Of a stretch of DNA of 64,000 bases, positions 17,791 through 24,770 are shown in pieces (positions within the stretch are counted from its first letter, which is position 1; every line of letters starts with the position of its first letter). A program made the translations under genes and the position numbers. The stretch spans positions 1 through 64,000 of IMG/VR virus record IMGVR_UViG_3300002835_005179, one strand, 5' to 3'. This DNA is from a virus. Its lineage: Duplodnaviria > Heunggongvirae > Uroviricota > Caudoviricetes. The notes beneath the pieces are model-generated. The model had not been told where the DNA came from. It did no database searches and saw nothing but the letters and a program-made list of their open reading frames with translations.

Positions 17791-19228
17791 ACTTCACTTT
17801 ATTCAGTATACCGTCTTTCAAGATGCAAGTCAAGTCGCAATTTTCAAGTTCTTCGAGAGTCGCTTCTTCCTTACAAATCCAGTTGTTATTTTCTGGAGTC
17901 CAATCTGGAGCCTTGTAGACAGCAAGAATACCTTTACGAGATTTCTTCATTCCAGAATCAGTCTTTGGATCCTTAAAGATAGGAATGATTTTTCCATCTT
18001 TTTCGATAGCAGTCGCCTTCATTGCGAATCCGAAAGTGTCTCTTGTGACATACTCATAAGTATATGACCCGACACCAAACACCATATTATATGGTGAGAT
18101 CTTCAATTTCTCAACGATGCCAGATAGAATCTGGCGTGCACGATCCAACGTAATCGAATCACCATAGATACAACCTGCTTTGTTGATCATACGATTATGA
18201 TCCAAACCAAAAACTTCTTTCAGAAGAGCCAAGACACCAAGATCAGCTGGTCCATTACCTCGTTCTTGAATGCTAGAATTATTCTTGCCTAGTACAATCT
18301 CAACAGGATCACCGGAATCAGGACGAATAACAATCTTACCGTTACGAGCAATGATTTTATCTTTCAAACGAGGCATGAAGTCTGTTAGAACAGTCCACAG
18401 ATCCCAAGTATCAGAAACGATCGAAACGATTCCTTCTGGATAGATATCTTCAACTAGACGACGGAAAGTTTCAAATTCGTCTTCTTTACCACCAGCACAC
18501 ATAACAGAGTGCTCTGTAGCAGGAACAGAAGAACCTGTCGTAGCAATGTTTGCATCATAATAATGCTCAGCTGCTAGAATAGCAGGGATAGTATCAGTTC
18601 CATTGAACGATAGAAGGTGACCCATACCAGAAGCTACTGCATCACCTAGAGACGACATACCACGCATGGAGAAATCGTGGAATTGATAATCGATGAAACC
18701 AAAATCAGTCTCTCCTGCTTTTCGTGCCCATTCCATACCAATCTTACGATATTCAAGAGCAGTCGTTGCCGAAGTGTATGGTTTCCAAATAGATAGAGAA
18801 AGAATCGTTTCTAGGAAATTAGGAAGCCAGAAAGCGTGGTCGACTGTATTGTAAATGACAAGAGATGGAATTCCAATATTAACCGAATATCCTTCCGGAA
18901 TTGCGTAGATGTTAATAGGAAGACGTCCTTCATCATGAAGTGCCTTGATGTGGTCTGTTTTGGGATTCTGAATTCCAAGAGTTTTAGAGATTACACGGAC
19001 ATATTCTGCTTCTACTTCGATCCAAGGTACAGAGAAAAAGCTATTATCGAATTCCTTCAGAAGATCAAGTAGAAAATACTGGTGTCCAAAAACAACAATT
19101 TTTTCAATACCAGGGACACGAGATTTTCGTGCAGTCCAATTTGAGTAGACTCGTGTCACTCCTTCTGGATATTGGCGAACGTGATCAATCTTGTAGAAGT
19201 CTGCTAAGAGAACTGGGATGGTGTTCAT
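17753..19228 (-). CDS. nadV: Nicotinamide phosphoribosyltransferase (NAMPT/NadV)
   Basis: N-terminus NTIPVLLADFYKIDHVRQYP and the block FHDFSMRGMSS. Start set at MNTIP (19228). Confidence 0.85.
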   Translation of the reverse strand: MNTIPVLLADFYKIDHVRQYPEGVTRVYSNWTARKSRVPGIEKIVVFGHQYFLLDLLKEFDNSFFSVPWIEVEAEYVRVISKTLGIQNPKTDHIKALHDEGRLPINIYAIPEGYSVNIGIPSLVIYNTVDHAFWLPNFLETILSLSIWKPYTSATTALEYRKIGMEWARKAGETDFGFIDYQFHDFSMRGMSSLGDAVASGMGHLLSFNGTDTIPAILAAEHYYDANIATTGSSVPATEHSVMCAGGKEDEFETFRRLVEDIYPEGIVSIVSDTWDLWTVLTDFMPRLKDKIIARNGKIVIRPDSGDPVEIVLGKNNSSIQERGNGPADLGVLALLKEVFGLDHNRMINKAGCIYGDSITLDRARQILSGIVEKLKISPYNMVFGVGSYTYEYVTRDTFGFAMKATAIEKDGKIIPIFKDPKTDSGMKKSRKGILAVYKAPDWTPENNNWICKEEATLEELENCDLTCILKDGILNKVKFETIKERVRVQS

Positions 19229-19279
19229 AATTAACCTTTCTTTATTCATTATACTAAATATAGAATCAGAAAGCAAGCT

Positions 19280-19480
19280 TTACTTAAAAATAGTTGCCAA
19301 AAACAGGAAGAACCCAGCAAGCAAAAACAAACCAAGGAATATTGCGGCTGGAATCCAAAGAGGAGAGAGTACCCAAAGCCAAGACCAGGTAATGTGACCA
19401 GTTAATTTCAATCCGATGAATAGTAGTCCAAACATCGGATTGAAAGAGAACGAAACATTGAAGTTTTTTTCAGAAGCCAT
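19280..19480 (-). CDS. Small membrane protein (66 aa)
   Basis: Two hydrophobic segments. First gene of the leftward block. Confidence 0.5.
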   Translation of the reverse strand: MASEKNFNVSFSFNPMFGLLFIGLKLTGHITWSWLWVLSPLWIPAAIFLGLFLLAGFFLFLATIFK

Positions 19481-19570
19481 TTCAGTTTAATATTCCTTTC
19501 AATCGGTACATACCCATTATAGCGTACTGAGTCAAGCATGTAAAGGTTTTCTAGAAAAAATAAAAAAAAA

Positions 19571-19680
19571 AAAGAATATCTCCTTTATTTTCAATATCTT
19601 ACTGCAAACTATTGATTCTAAAGAGAATATTCTTTCGAAAAAAACTTGCTTCGGTTGAATGGATAAGGTATAATGGTTCT
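19571..19680 (+). promoter_or_regulatory. Conserved promoter cassette, copy A (GAATAT-box, TCAAT..ATTGA dyad, TTGCTT-N17-TATAAT-N6-ATG)
   Basis: Aligns over about 110 nt with 41130-41236 and the reverse complement of 63877-64000. -35 at 19646-19651, -10 at 19669-19674, ATG at 19681. Confidence 0.65.
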
Positions 19681-19911
19681 ATGAAAAGGAAAACTGTTCG
19701 GGTGACTGATGTTGTCGATACTGTGAATCGAATTTTAGATGTTTCCACGTGTTCTGTCGATACTCGCTGGGGCATGATTGCTGTTCTTGAACAGATTCTT
19801 CACGACTCAGGAAATTACAAGGGATATAATAATGTCAAAGACGGAAAGATTTGTGGATACAAAGAACAGCCTGATGACACGAGACGATATTATTATGGCG
19901 GGACGAAGTAA
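19681..19911 (+). CDS. Hypothetical protein (76 aa)
   Basis: The ATG at 19681 lies exactly 6 nt after TATAAT. The track ORF uses an upstream TTG inside the promoter cassette. Confidence 0.5.
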   Translation: MKRKTVRVTDVVDTVNRILDVSTCSVDTRWGMIAVLEQILHDSGNYKGYNNVKDGKICGYKEQPDDTRRYYYGGTK

Positions 19912-19967
19912 GTTGTTTTGTTTGGTGTTGTGGTATTGCTGAAATTTATGGTCGCAGTTAATTTTGA

Positions 19968-19996
19968 TTGACGACTAAACCGCAATTTAGTAAAAT
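19968..19996 (+). promoter_or_regulatory. Sigma70-like promoter TTGACG-N17-TAAAAT
   Basis: Followed by a leader containing an AAGGAG site and the ATG at 20017. Confidence 0.4.
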
Positions 19997-20016
19997 AATT
20001 CTAAGGAGAAATAATT

Positions 20017-20283
20017 ATGAAGAAGATTCTTACAGAAGTACAGGGCGAAGGTTTGGTTGCCCTTCTAGGTGAGCATGTGATGTTGTTCTGTGCGAACTAC
20101 ATCTATGCTGGTACACTCACTGGAGTGAACGATACATGTGTCCTTCTAGACGATGCGAAGATTGTTTATGAGACTGGTCCGTTCAGCGATGCGAAGTACA
20201 AGGACGCTCAGAGTCTTCCTACCAAGTCTTGGTATATCCAGACTTCTGCGATTGAGTCTTTCGGCATCGGCAAGAAGGGTTAA
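20017..20283 (+). CDS. Hypothetical protein (88 aa) with Sm/LSm-like motif
   Basis: VMLFCANYIYAGTLTGVNDTCVLLDDAKIV resembles an Sm1 motif (G-x-L-x3-D..hydrophobic-L-x-D). Strong ribosome-binding site and its own terminator. Confidence 0.5.
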   Translation: MKKILTEVQGEGLVALLGEHVMLFCANYIYAGTLTGVNDTCVLLDDAKIVYETGPFSDAKYKDAQSLPTKSWYIQTSAIESFGIGKKG

Positions 20284-20285
20284 GT

Positions 20286-20319
20286 GATGGGGGATTTAAA
20301 ATCCCCCATCCTTTTATTT
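20286..20319 (+). terminator. Rho-independent terminator
   Basis: GATGGGGGAT-ttaaa-ATCCCCCATC followed by CTTTTATTT. Confidence 0.75.
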
Positions 20320-20421
20320 GTTCTATGAAAAATATGTTTACAAGAGAACTTGTAAAAATATTGCATCTAGATCTGGTTCTAATTCATCTGGTTGGTCGGT
20401 AGCAACTTGGACTCCTACATC

Positions 20422-20607
20422 ATGAAGAAATCAATTTACAAAAGAAATATTGGGTCTAGGTCTTGGTCTGGGTCTAGGTCTTGGTCTTGGTCTGGGTCTT
20501 GGTCTGGGTCTTGGTCTGAGTCTAGGTCTAGGTCTGAGTCTAGGTCTAGGTCTGAGTCTAGGTCTGGGTCTGGGTCTGGGTCTTGGTCTTGGTCTAGGTC
20601 TAACTAA
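20422..20607 (+). CDS. Ser-Xaa dipeptide-repeat small protein, copy 1 (61 aa)
   Basis: Leader MKKSIYKRNIG, then (S-[RWGE])n encoded by (TCTNGG)n, ending RSN-TAA 4 nt before the next ATG. Confidence 0.5.
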   Translation: MKKSIYKRNIGSRSWSGSRSWSWSGSWSGSWSESRSRSESRSRSESRSGSGSGSWSWSRSN

Positions 20608-20611
20608 AAAT

Positions 20612-20854
20612 ATGATAAAGAAATCAATTTACAAAAGAAATATTGGGTCTTGGTCTAGGTCTGGGTCTAGGTCTGGGTCTGAGTCTAGGTCTGAGTCTTG
20701 GTCTTGGTCTGGGTCTGAGTCTAGGTCTGAGTCTGGGTCTTGGTCTAGGTCTTGGTCTGAGTCTTGGTCTAGGTCTGGGTCTGGGTCTAGGTCTAGGTCT
20801 AGGTTTAGGTCTGGGTCTAGGTCTAGGTTTAGGTTTAGGTCTGGGTCTAACTAA
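20612..20854 (+). CDS. Ser-Xaa dipeptide-repeat small protein, copy 2 (80 aa)
   Basis: Leader MIKKSIYKRNIG plus the repeat, ending GSN-TAA. Confidence 0.5.
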   Translation: MIKKSIYKRNIGSWSRSGSRSGSESRSESWSWSGSESRSESGSWSRSWSESWSRSGSGSRSRSRFRSGSRSRFRFRSGSN

Positions 20855-20858
20855 AAAT

Positions 20859-21083
20859 ATGATAAAGAAATCAATTTACAAAAGAATTATTTGGTCTAGG
20901 TCTGGGTCTGAGTCTGGGTCTAGGTCTTGGTCTGAGTCTGGGTCTTGGTCTTGGTCTTGGTCTTGGTCTGAGTCTTGGTCTGGGTCTAGGTCTTGGTCTG
21001 GGTCTGGGTCTTGGTCTTGGTCTGGGTCTGAGTCTGGGTCTTGGTCTAGGTCTAGGTCTGGGTCTAGGTCTGGGTCTAACTAA
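20859..21083 (+). CDS. Ser-Xaa dipeptide-repeat small protein, copy 3 (74 aa)
   Basis: Leader MIKKSIYKRIIW plus the repeat, ending GSN-TAA. Confidence 0.5.
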   Translation: MIKKSIYKRIIWSRSGSESGSRSWSESGSWSWSWSWSESWSGSRSWSGSGSWSWSGSESGSWSRSRSGSRSGSN

Positions 21084-21087
21084 AAAT

Positions 21088-21123
21088 ATGATAAAGAAAT
21101 CAATTTACAAAAGAATTATTTGA
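21088..21123 (+). pseudogene. Truncated fourth copy (leader only, MIKKSIYKRII-stop)
   Basis: Same leader DNA as copies 2 and 3, but it runs into TGA with no repeat array. Confidence 0.4.
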
Positions 21124-21165
21124 TCAATGTAGTATAATTGTATACAACTGACAAGGTTATTAATA

Positions 21166-23391
21166 ATGATTATTTCACATTCTCCTGATAATAATGTTGT
21201 TCTTTCTTCTATTGATAGAACAGATGAATTTAAAATCAAGAATTCTTCGAAAGCATTCTCGATTTTAAGTTCTGGTTTATATGCAAATAAGATTAAAGCG
21301 ATTATTCGAGAACTTTCTTGTAATGCTTATGATTCGCATGTGGCAGCAGGAAAGAAGGATATTCCGTTTGACGTACACCTTCCTAATCGTATTGAACCAT
21401 GGTTCTCTATTCGTGATTATGGAACTGGTCTAGATGACACACAAGTGAAATCTATCTATACAACTTATTTCGAATCAACGAAAACGCATTCGAATGAATT
21501 CGTTGGTGCACTTGGACTTGGTTCCAAATCACCATTCAGTTATACTGAAAACTTCAGCATCACTACGATTAAGAACGGTAAGTGTTGGATTTTTAGTGCG
21601 TTCGTGAATGAACATGGCATCCCTTCCATTGCGTCTATGGGAGTTTCTGATACGACAGAACCGAACGGCGTTGAGATTAAATTTTCAGTAGATAACCAAG
21701 ACGATATCGTTAAGTTTGTCACAGAAGCTCCTAACGTATTTATCTGGTTCGAGACACAACCAAATATCTCCGGTAATAGAGAGTATACATTATCTTTCGA
21801 TTACGTCGTTAAAAGAGAAAAGAATTACGAAGAACAGAATATCATACCAGGAATTCATGTATTATCTACAAGAGGTTATGGTACTAGTAAAGCTCTGATG
21901 GGAAATATCTGTTATCCTATTGATGTTCCAAACGCAAAAACGAATTTAACGGATAAACTGCATTCTTTACTATCCAATAATCTTGTAATGGAATTCAATA
22001 TTGGAGAATTAGATTTCCAAGCTTCTCGAGAAGGTTTGGCTTACACTCCGTTGACTATTTCTTCAATCAAGAATAAACTTCAAAAGTTAAGTGATTCATT
22101 GTACTGTATTCTAGATGAACAAGCTAAACAACACAATCATAATTCTTGGTTTCTTGCAGATTTCTTAGTTAATAAAAATTCTCTTCCTATTTGGAAGATG
22201 ACTGTGACAGAATATGTAAATAATAATAACTTAAATGTTGTCGCAATTAACAAATACAATAATTTACATGAAATCTATTACAATGTAATTTCTATTTCGC
22301 GAGAAAAGTGTTCTGAATTCAATATTTCAATTAATTCTTTCGAAAAGGATTCGTATTCTGGAAGAACTAGAAGATATGATCTAAATAACTCTGGCATTAA
22401 TATGTATCAAACATGTTCAAAATACAAGTTCATTATTAATGATACGACTATTGGTGCTGGAGAAAGATGTAAACGATATATCGATAATCTAGAAACAGGA
22501 CACAAGATAAAGAAATTTATCCTTTTACAGAAAATCGATAAAGATAAAGATATGAATCTTGAAGAATTCTTCAAGTCAATAAGTAATCCACCAGATGATA
22601 TTATCATAAATGTTTCTACCCTTCCGGAATTGGAAAAGAAAAAGAGAACCAAAGATGTAACAGTTGTTAAAATACAAGAAGATAATAGAAAATATTACAA
22701 TCCAAATTATACTTGGAAAGAATGTGGTAAATTACAAGATCTAAATAACACGACGAATACCATGTATTATATTCCTCTTTCTGGGTATAATGTTATTTCA
22801 AATTACACTACTGACTTTAAAGGAGTCTATAAATTATTGAAAGAATGTGGTTTTTTTGGACCGATTGGTTCACGTATGACTATTTATGGAATCAGAAAAG
22901 GGGATATTGAATCACTTTCGAATTATCCAAATTGGATAAATATTGAACGTGTTATTATCGATAAATTACAATCCGAAAAAGAATCCATTAAGAATCGAAT
23001 TTATGCAGATTTGAATATTGACTGCATCAATAAATTCAAGTATAATAAAAATATATTGGATAAATTGAATGATAATTCTCCATTCAAGAAAGTTGTTCAA
23101 GAATTCAATATAACAAATAATTCGAAAAACAACAAACCAGGTTCAATTAATTCCTATATGATGTTGGCGAATATATATTCCAACGATAATATCTATAAAG
23201 AATTAAAGGAATTCCAGTTGGCGGCAGAAACTAAAGTGCAAACAATTTTAAATAGATATCCATTATTACGTTATATGGTTGATATTGATTCTTATTTGTT
23301 TGAAACAGACAAAAATAGATATGATGTATTTGCAGGATACATTAATTTAATTGACGATCAGAAAAAGGAGTTAACATGTTCCCTTACTTAA
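21166..23391 (+). CDS. rIIA: rIIA-like protein (GHKL ATPase-type N-terminus)
   Basis: 741 aa. N-terminal IRELSCNAYDS..DYGTGL..GALGLGSKS matches an HATPase_c-like pattern. Directly upstream of rIIB. Confidence 0.8.
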   Translation: MIISHSPDNNVVLSSIDRTDEFKIKNSSKAFSILSSGLYANKIKAIIRELSCNAYDSHVAAGKKDIPFDVHLPNRIEPWFSIRDYGTGLDDTQVKSIYTTYFESTKTHSNEFVGALGLGSKSPFSYTENFSITTIKNGKCWIFSAFVNEHGIPSIASMGVSDTTEPNGVEIKFSVDNQDDIVKFVTEAPNVFIWFETQPNISGNREYTLSFDYVVKREKNYEEQNIIPGIHVLSTRGYGTSKALMGNICYPIDVPNAKTNLTDKLHSLLSNNLVMEFNIGELDFQASREGLAYTPLTISSIKNKLQKLSDSLYCILDEQAKQHNHNSWFLADFLVNKNSLPIWKMTVTEYVNNNNLNVVAINKYNNLHEIYYNVISISREKCSEFNISINSFEKDSYSGRTRRYDLNNSGINMYQTCSKYKFIINDTTIGAGERCKRYIDNLETGHKIKKFILLQKIDKDKDMNLEEFFKSISNPPDDIIINVSTLPELEKKKRTKDVTVVKIQEDNRKYYNPNYTWKECGKLQDLNNTTNTMYYIPLSGYNVISNYTTDFKGVYKLLKECGFFGPIGSRMTIYGIRKGDIESLSNYPNWINIERVIIDKLQSEKESIKNRIYADLNIDCINKFKYNKNILDKLNDNSPFKKVVQEFNITNNSKNNKPGSINSYMMLANIYSNDNIYKELKEFQLAAETKVQTILNRYPLLRYMVDIDSYLFETDKNRYDVFAGYINLIDDQKKELTCSLT

Positions 23392-24137
23392 TTCAAGGTT
23401 CTAACATTATTATTGTGATTGGGTCGAAGACTCATACAATCAACAAACAACATCTTTCTTATAACAAGATTGTAGATGCCATCAAGACAAGCGATTGGGA
23501 TACTGTGAAGGATCTCATTGAACCAAAGAAAGCCATTCTGAAGTATGGTGCTGGGAATATCTCAATCCAAGGTGACAAGATCTTCTGGAAGGATGAGGAG
23601 TTCACTAATTATTTATCAGATAAGATTGTTTCTATGTTCCAAGAAGGATTTCCAATTGAACCGATGGTTCTATTTATGGAGAATCTAATGAAGAATCCAT
23701 CGAAGCGTGCAGTTAACGAACTGTATGGTTTCTTGGAAAAGGGGAAAATGCCTATTACTTCAGATGGTTGTTTCCTTGCTTACAAGCGTGTCCGTTCTGA
23801 TTATAAAGACGTACATAGCGGAACATTCGATAATTCAGTAGGCAAGATCGTTCAGATGGAACGAAATAAAGTAGACGACGACAAGGATCGAACTTGTTCC
23901 AGCGGTTTACATTTCTGTTCTGAAGAATATCTAAAGCATTTCTCTGGTGAACGAATTATGATCTTGAAGATTAATCCACGTGATGTGGTTTCAATTCCTG
24001 CAGATTATAATGATTCTAAGGGTCGATGCTGCCGTTATGAAGTTATCGGAGAACTTGGAGCCGAAACGAATCCTAAGGATGCTTTCCAAGAGCCAGTACA
24101 AGATAATGGTATTGGTATCTGGATTGAAGTTGGGTAA
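23376..24137 (+). CDS. rIIB: rIIB-like protein
   Basis: Blocks FMENLMKNPSKRAVNELYGFL, TFDNSVGKIV, TCSSGLHFCS and NPRDVVSIPADYNDSKGRCCRYEV parallel T4 rIIB. Confidence 0.85.
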   Translation: MFPYLIQGSNIIIVIGSKTHTINKQHLSYNKIVDAIKTSDWDTVKDLIEPKKAILKYGAGNISIQGDKIFWKDEEFTNYLSDKIVSMFQEGFPIEPMVLFMENLMKNPSKRAVNELYGFLEKGKMPITSDGCFLAYKRVRSDYKDVHSGTFDNSVGKIVQMERNKVDDDKDRTCSSGLHFCSEEYLKHFSGERIMILKINPRDVVSIPADYNDSKGRCCRYEVIGELGAETNPKDAFQEPVQDNGIGIWIEVG

Positions 24138-24145
24138 AAGATATT

Positions 24146-24220
24146 GCGCTTGTAGCATAATGGTAATGTAGAAGATTCTAAACCTTCGAGATGAGAGTTC
24201 GATTCTCTCCAAGCGCACCA
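24146..24220 (+). tRNA. tRNA with anticodon CUA (amber suppressor type), CCA encoded
   Basis: - Acceptor stem GCGCTTG/CAAGCGC.
- D arm GCAT-AATGGTA-ATGT.
- Anticodon stem GAAGA/CCTTC with one A-C mismatch, loop TT-CTA-AA.
- Variable region GAGAT.
- T arm GAGAG-TTCGATT-CTCTC.
- Discriminator A followed by CCA. Confidence 0.8.
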
Positions 24221-24270
24221 AATTAAAAGAGGAATATATGACATAGAAGACTAAAATTAAGTGTGAATAT

Positions 24271-24492
24271 TTGATTTTTCACTTCAATAAGAAACATCTT
24301 GAAGATCCTTCCATTCCAATGTGGTCGATCAAAGCAAAAGGTGAAACTTATTATGTGAAGCATGTAGATTGTGCTCTACCATGGAGCACAAAAGAAACTC
24401 CTGATAATCCTCATACAAAAGGATCTATCAAAATCAAAAATTGTACTTTGACAATAGACTATCTAGATAATGCTTATATAACGGGAGAGTAA
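24271..24492 (+). CDS. Hypothetical protein (73 aa, TTG start)
   Basis: Track ORF with conserved-looking PWSTKETPDNPHTKGS. An alternative ATG exists at 24319. Confidence 0.45.
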   Translation: MIFHFNKKHLEDPSIPMWSIKAKGETYYVKHVDCALPWSTKETPDNPHTKGSIKIKNCTLTIDYLDNAYITGE

Positions 24493-24512
24493 AATCTCCC
24501 GTTTCATTTTTT
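24482..24512 (+). terminator. Rho-independent terminator
   Basis: CGGGAGA-gtaaaa-TCTCCCG followed by TTTCATTTTTT. Confidence 0.7.
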
Positions 24513-24520
24513 TATAAATA
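24513..24520 (+). promoter_or_regulatory. T4-type late promoter TATAAATA
   Basis: Exact TATAAATA 20 nt upstream of the ATG at 24540. Heads the 24.5-33.3 kb operon. Confidence 0.6.
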
Positions 24521-24539
24521 CTCTTGGAGTATAATAGTC

Positions 24540-24770
24540 ATGTTCACAATTAATTCAGCAACCAATCCTAATGATCGAAATCTTAATAATTATTATCTAA
24601 AACATTTTAAAAATAATAATAAATTGTCTCAAGAATTGAAGAAACAAATAACACCAAAACTTATTTCTGATGCTATCAAAGAAGCAATATCACAATCAAA
24701 AAAAACCAAGGACAAGGGATATAAATTAGAATTCACAATCGACGGTATAAAACCCGTAGAGGAACAGTAA
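24540..24770 (+). CDS. Hypothetical protein (76 aa)
   Basis: Track ORF, first gene after the late promoter. Joined to the next gene by a TAATG overlap. Confidence 0.5.
   Translation: MFTINSATNPNDRNLNNYYLKHFKNNNKLSQELKKQITPKLISDAIKEAISQSKKTKDKGYKLEFTIDGIKPVEEQ

Larger units (their letters stand above)
20422..21123 (+). repeat. Tandem units of about 45-nt conserved spacer/leader plus variable (GGTCTN)n hexamer microsatellite
   Basis: Three and a half units. The hexamer is TCT followed by AGG, TGG, GGG or GAG. The same architecture appears inverted at 46897-47275. Confidence 0.9.

Noticed and set aside
20450-21083. Track ORFs encoding (Gly-Leu)n proteins (20450..20854, 20643..21083, and 46897..47244 on the minus strand).
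   Set aside because: This is the +1 frame of the same hexamer arrays. It has no conserved start of its own and reads through the stop/leader junction into the next unit. The diverged paralogues at 46453-46865 conserve the Ser-rich frame with mixed Ser codons, not the Gly-Leu frame.
20422-21123. Possible CRISPR array, given the regularly spaced conserved segments.
   Set aside because: The conserved 45-nt segments contain a stop, a start and a coding leader. The sequences between them are a hexamer microsatellite rather than unique spacers. No cas genes are nearby.
24146-24220. Genome-wide TAG reassignment implied by the suppressor tRNA.
   Set aside because: All core genes in this window are intact under the standard code, and several end in TAG followed by short out-of-context extensions. 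Recoding elsewhere in the genome cannot be excluded from this window.
23991-24244. Minus-strand ORFs 23991..24221 and 24035..24244.
   Set aside because: They run antisense across the rIIB 3' end and the tRNA gene, and so are artefacts of the open reverse frame.
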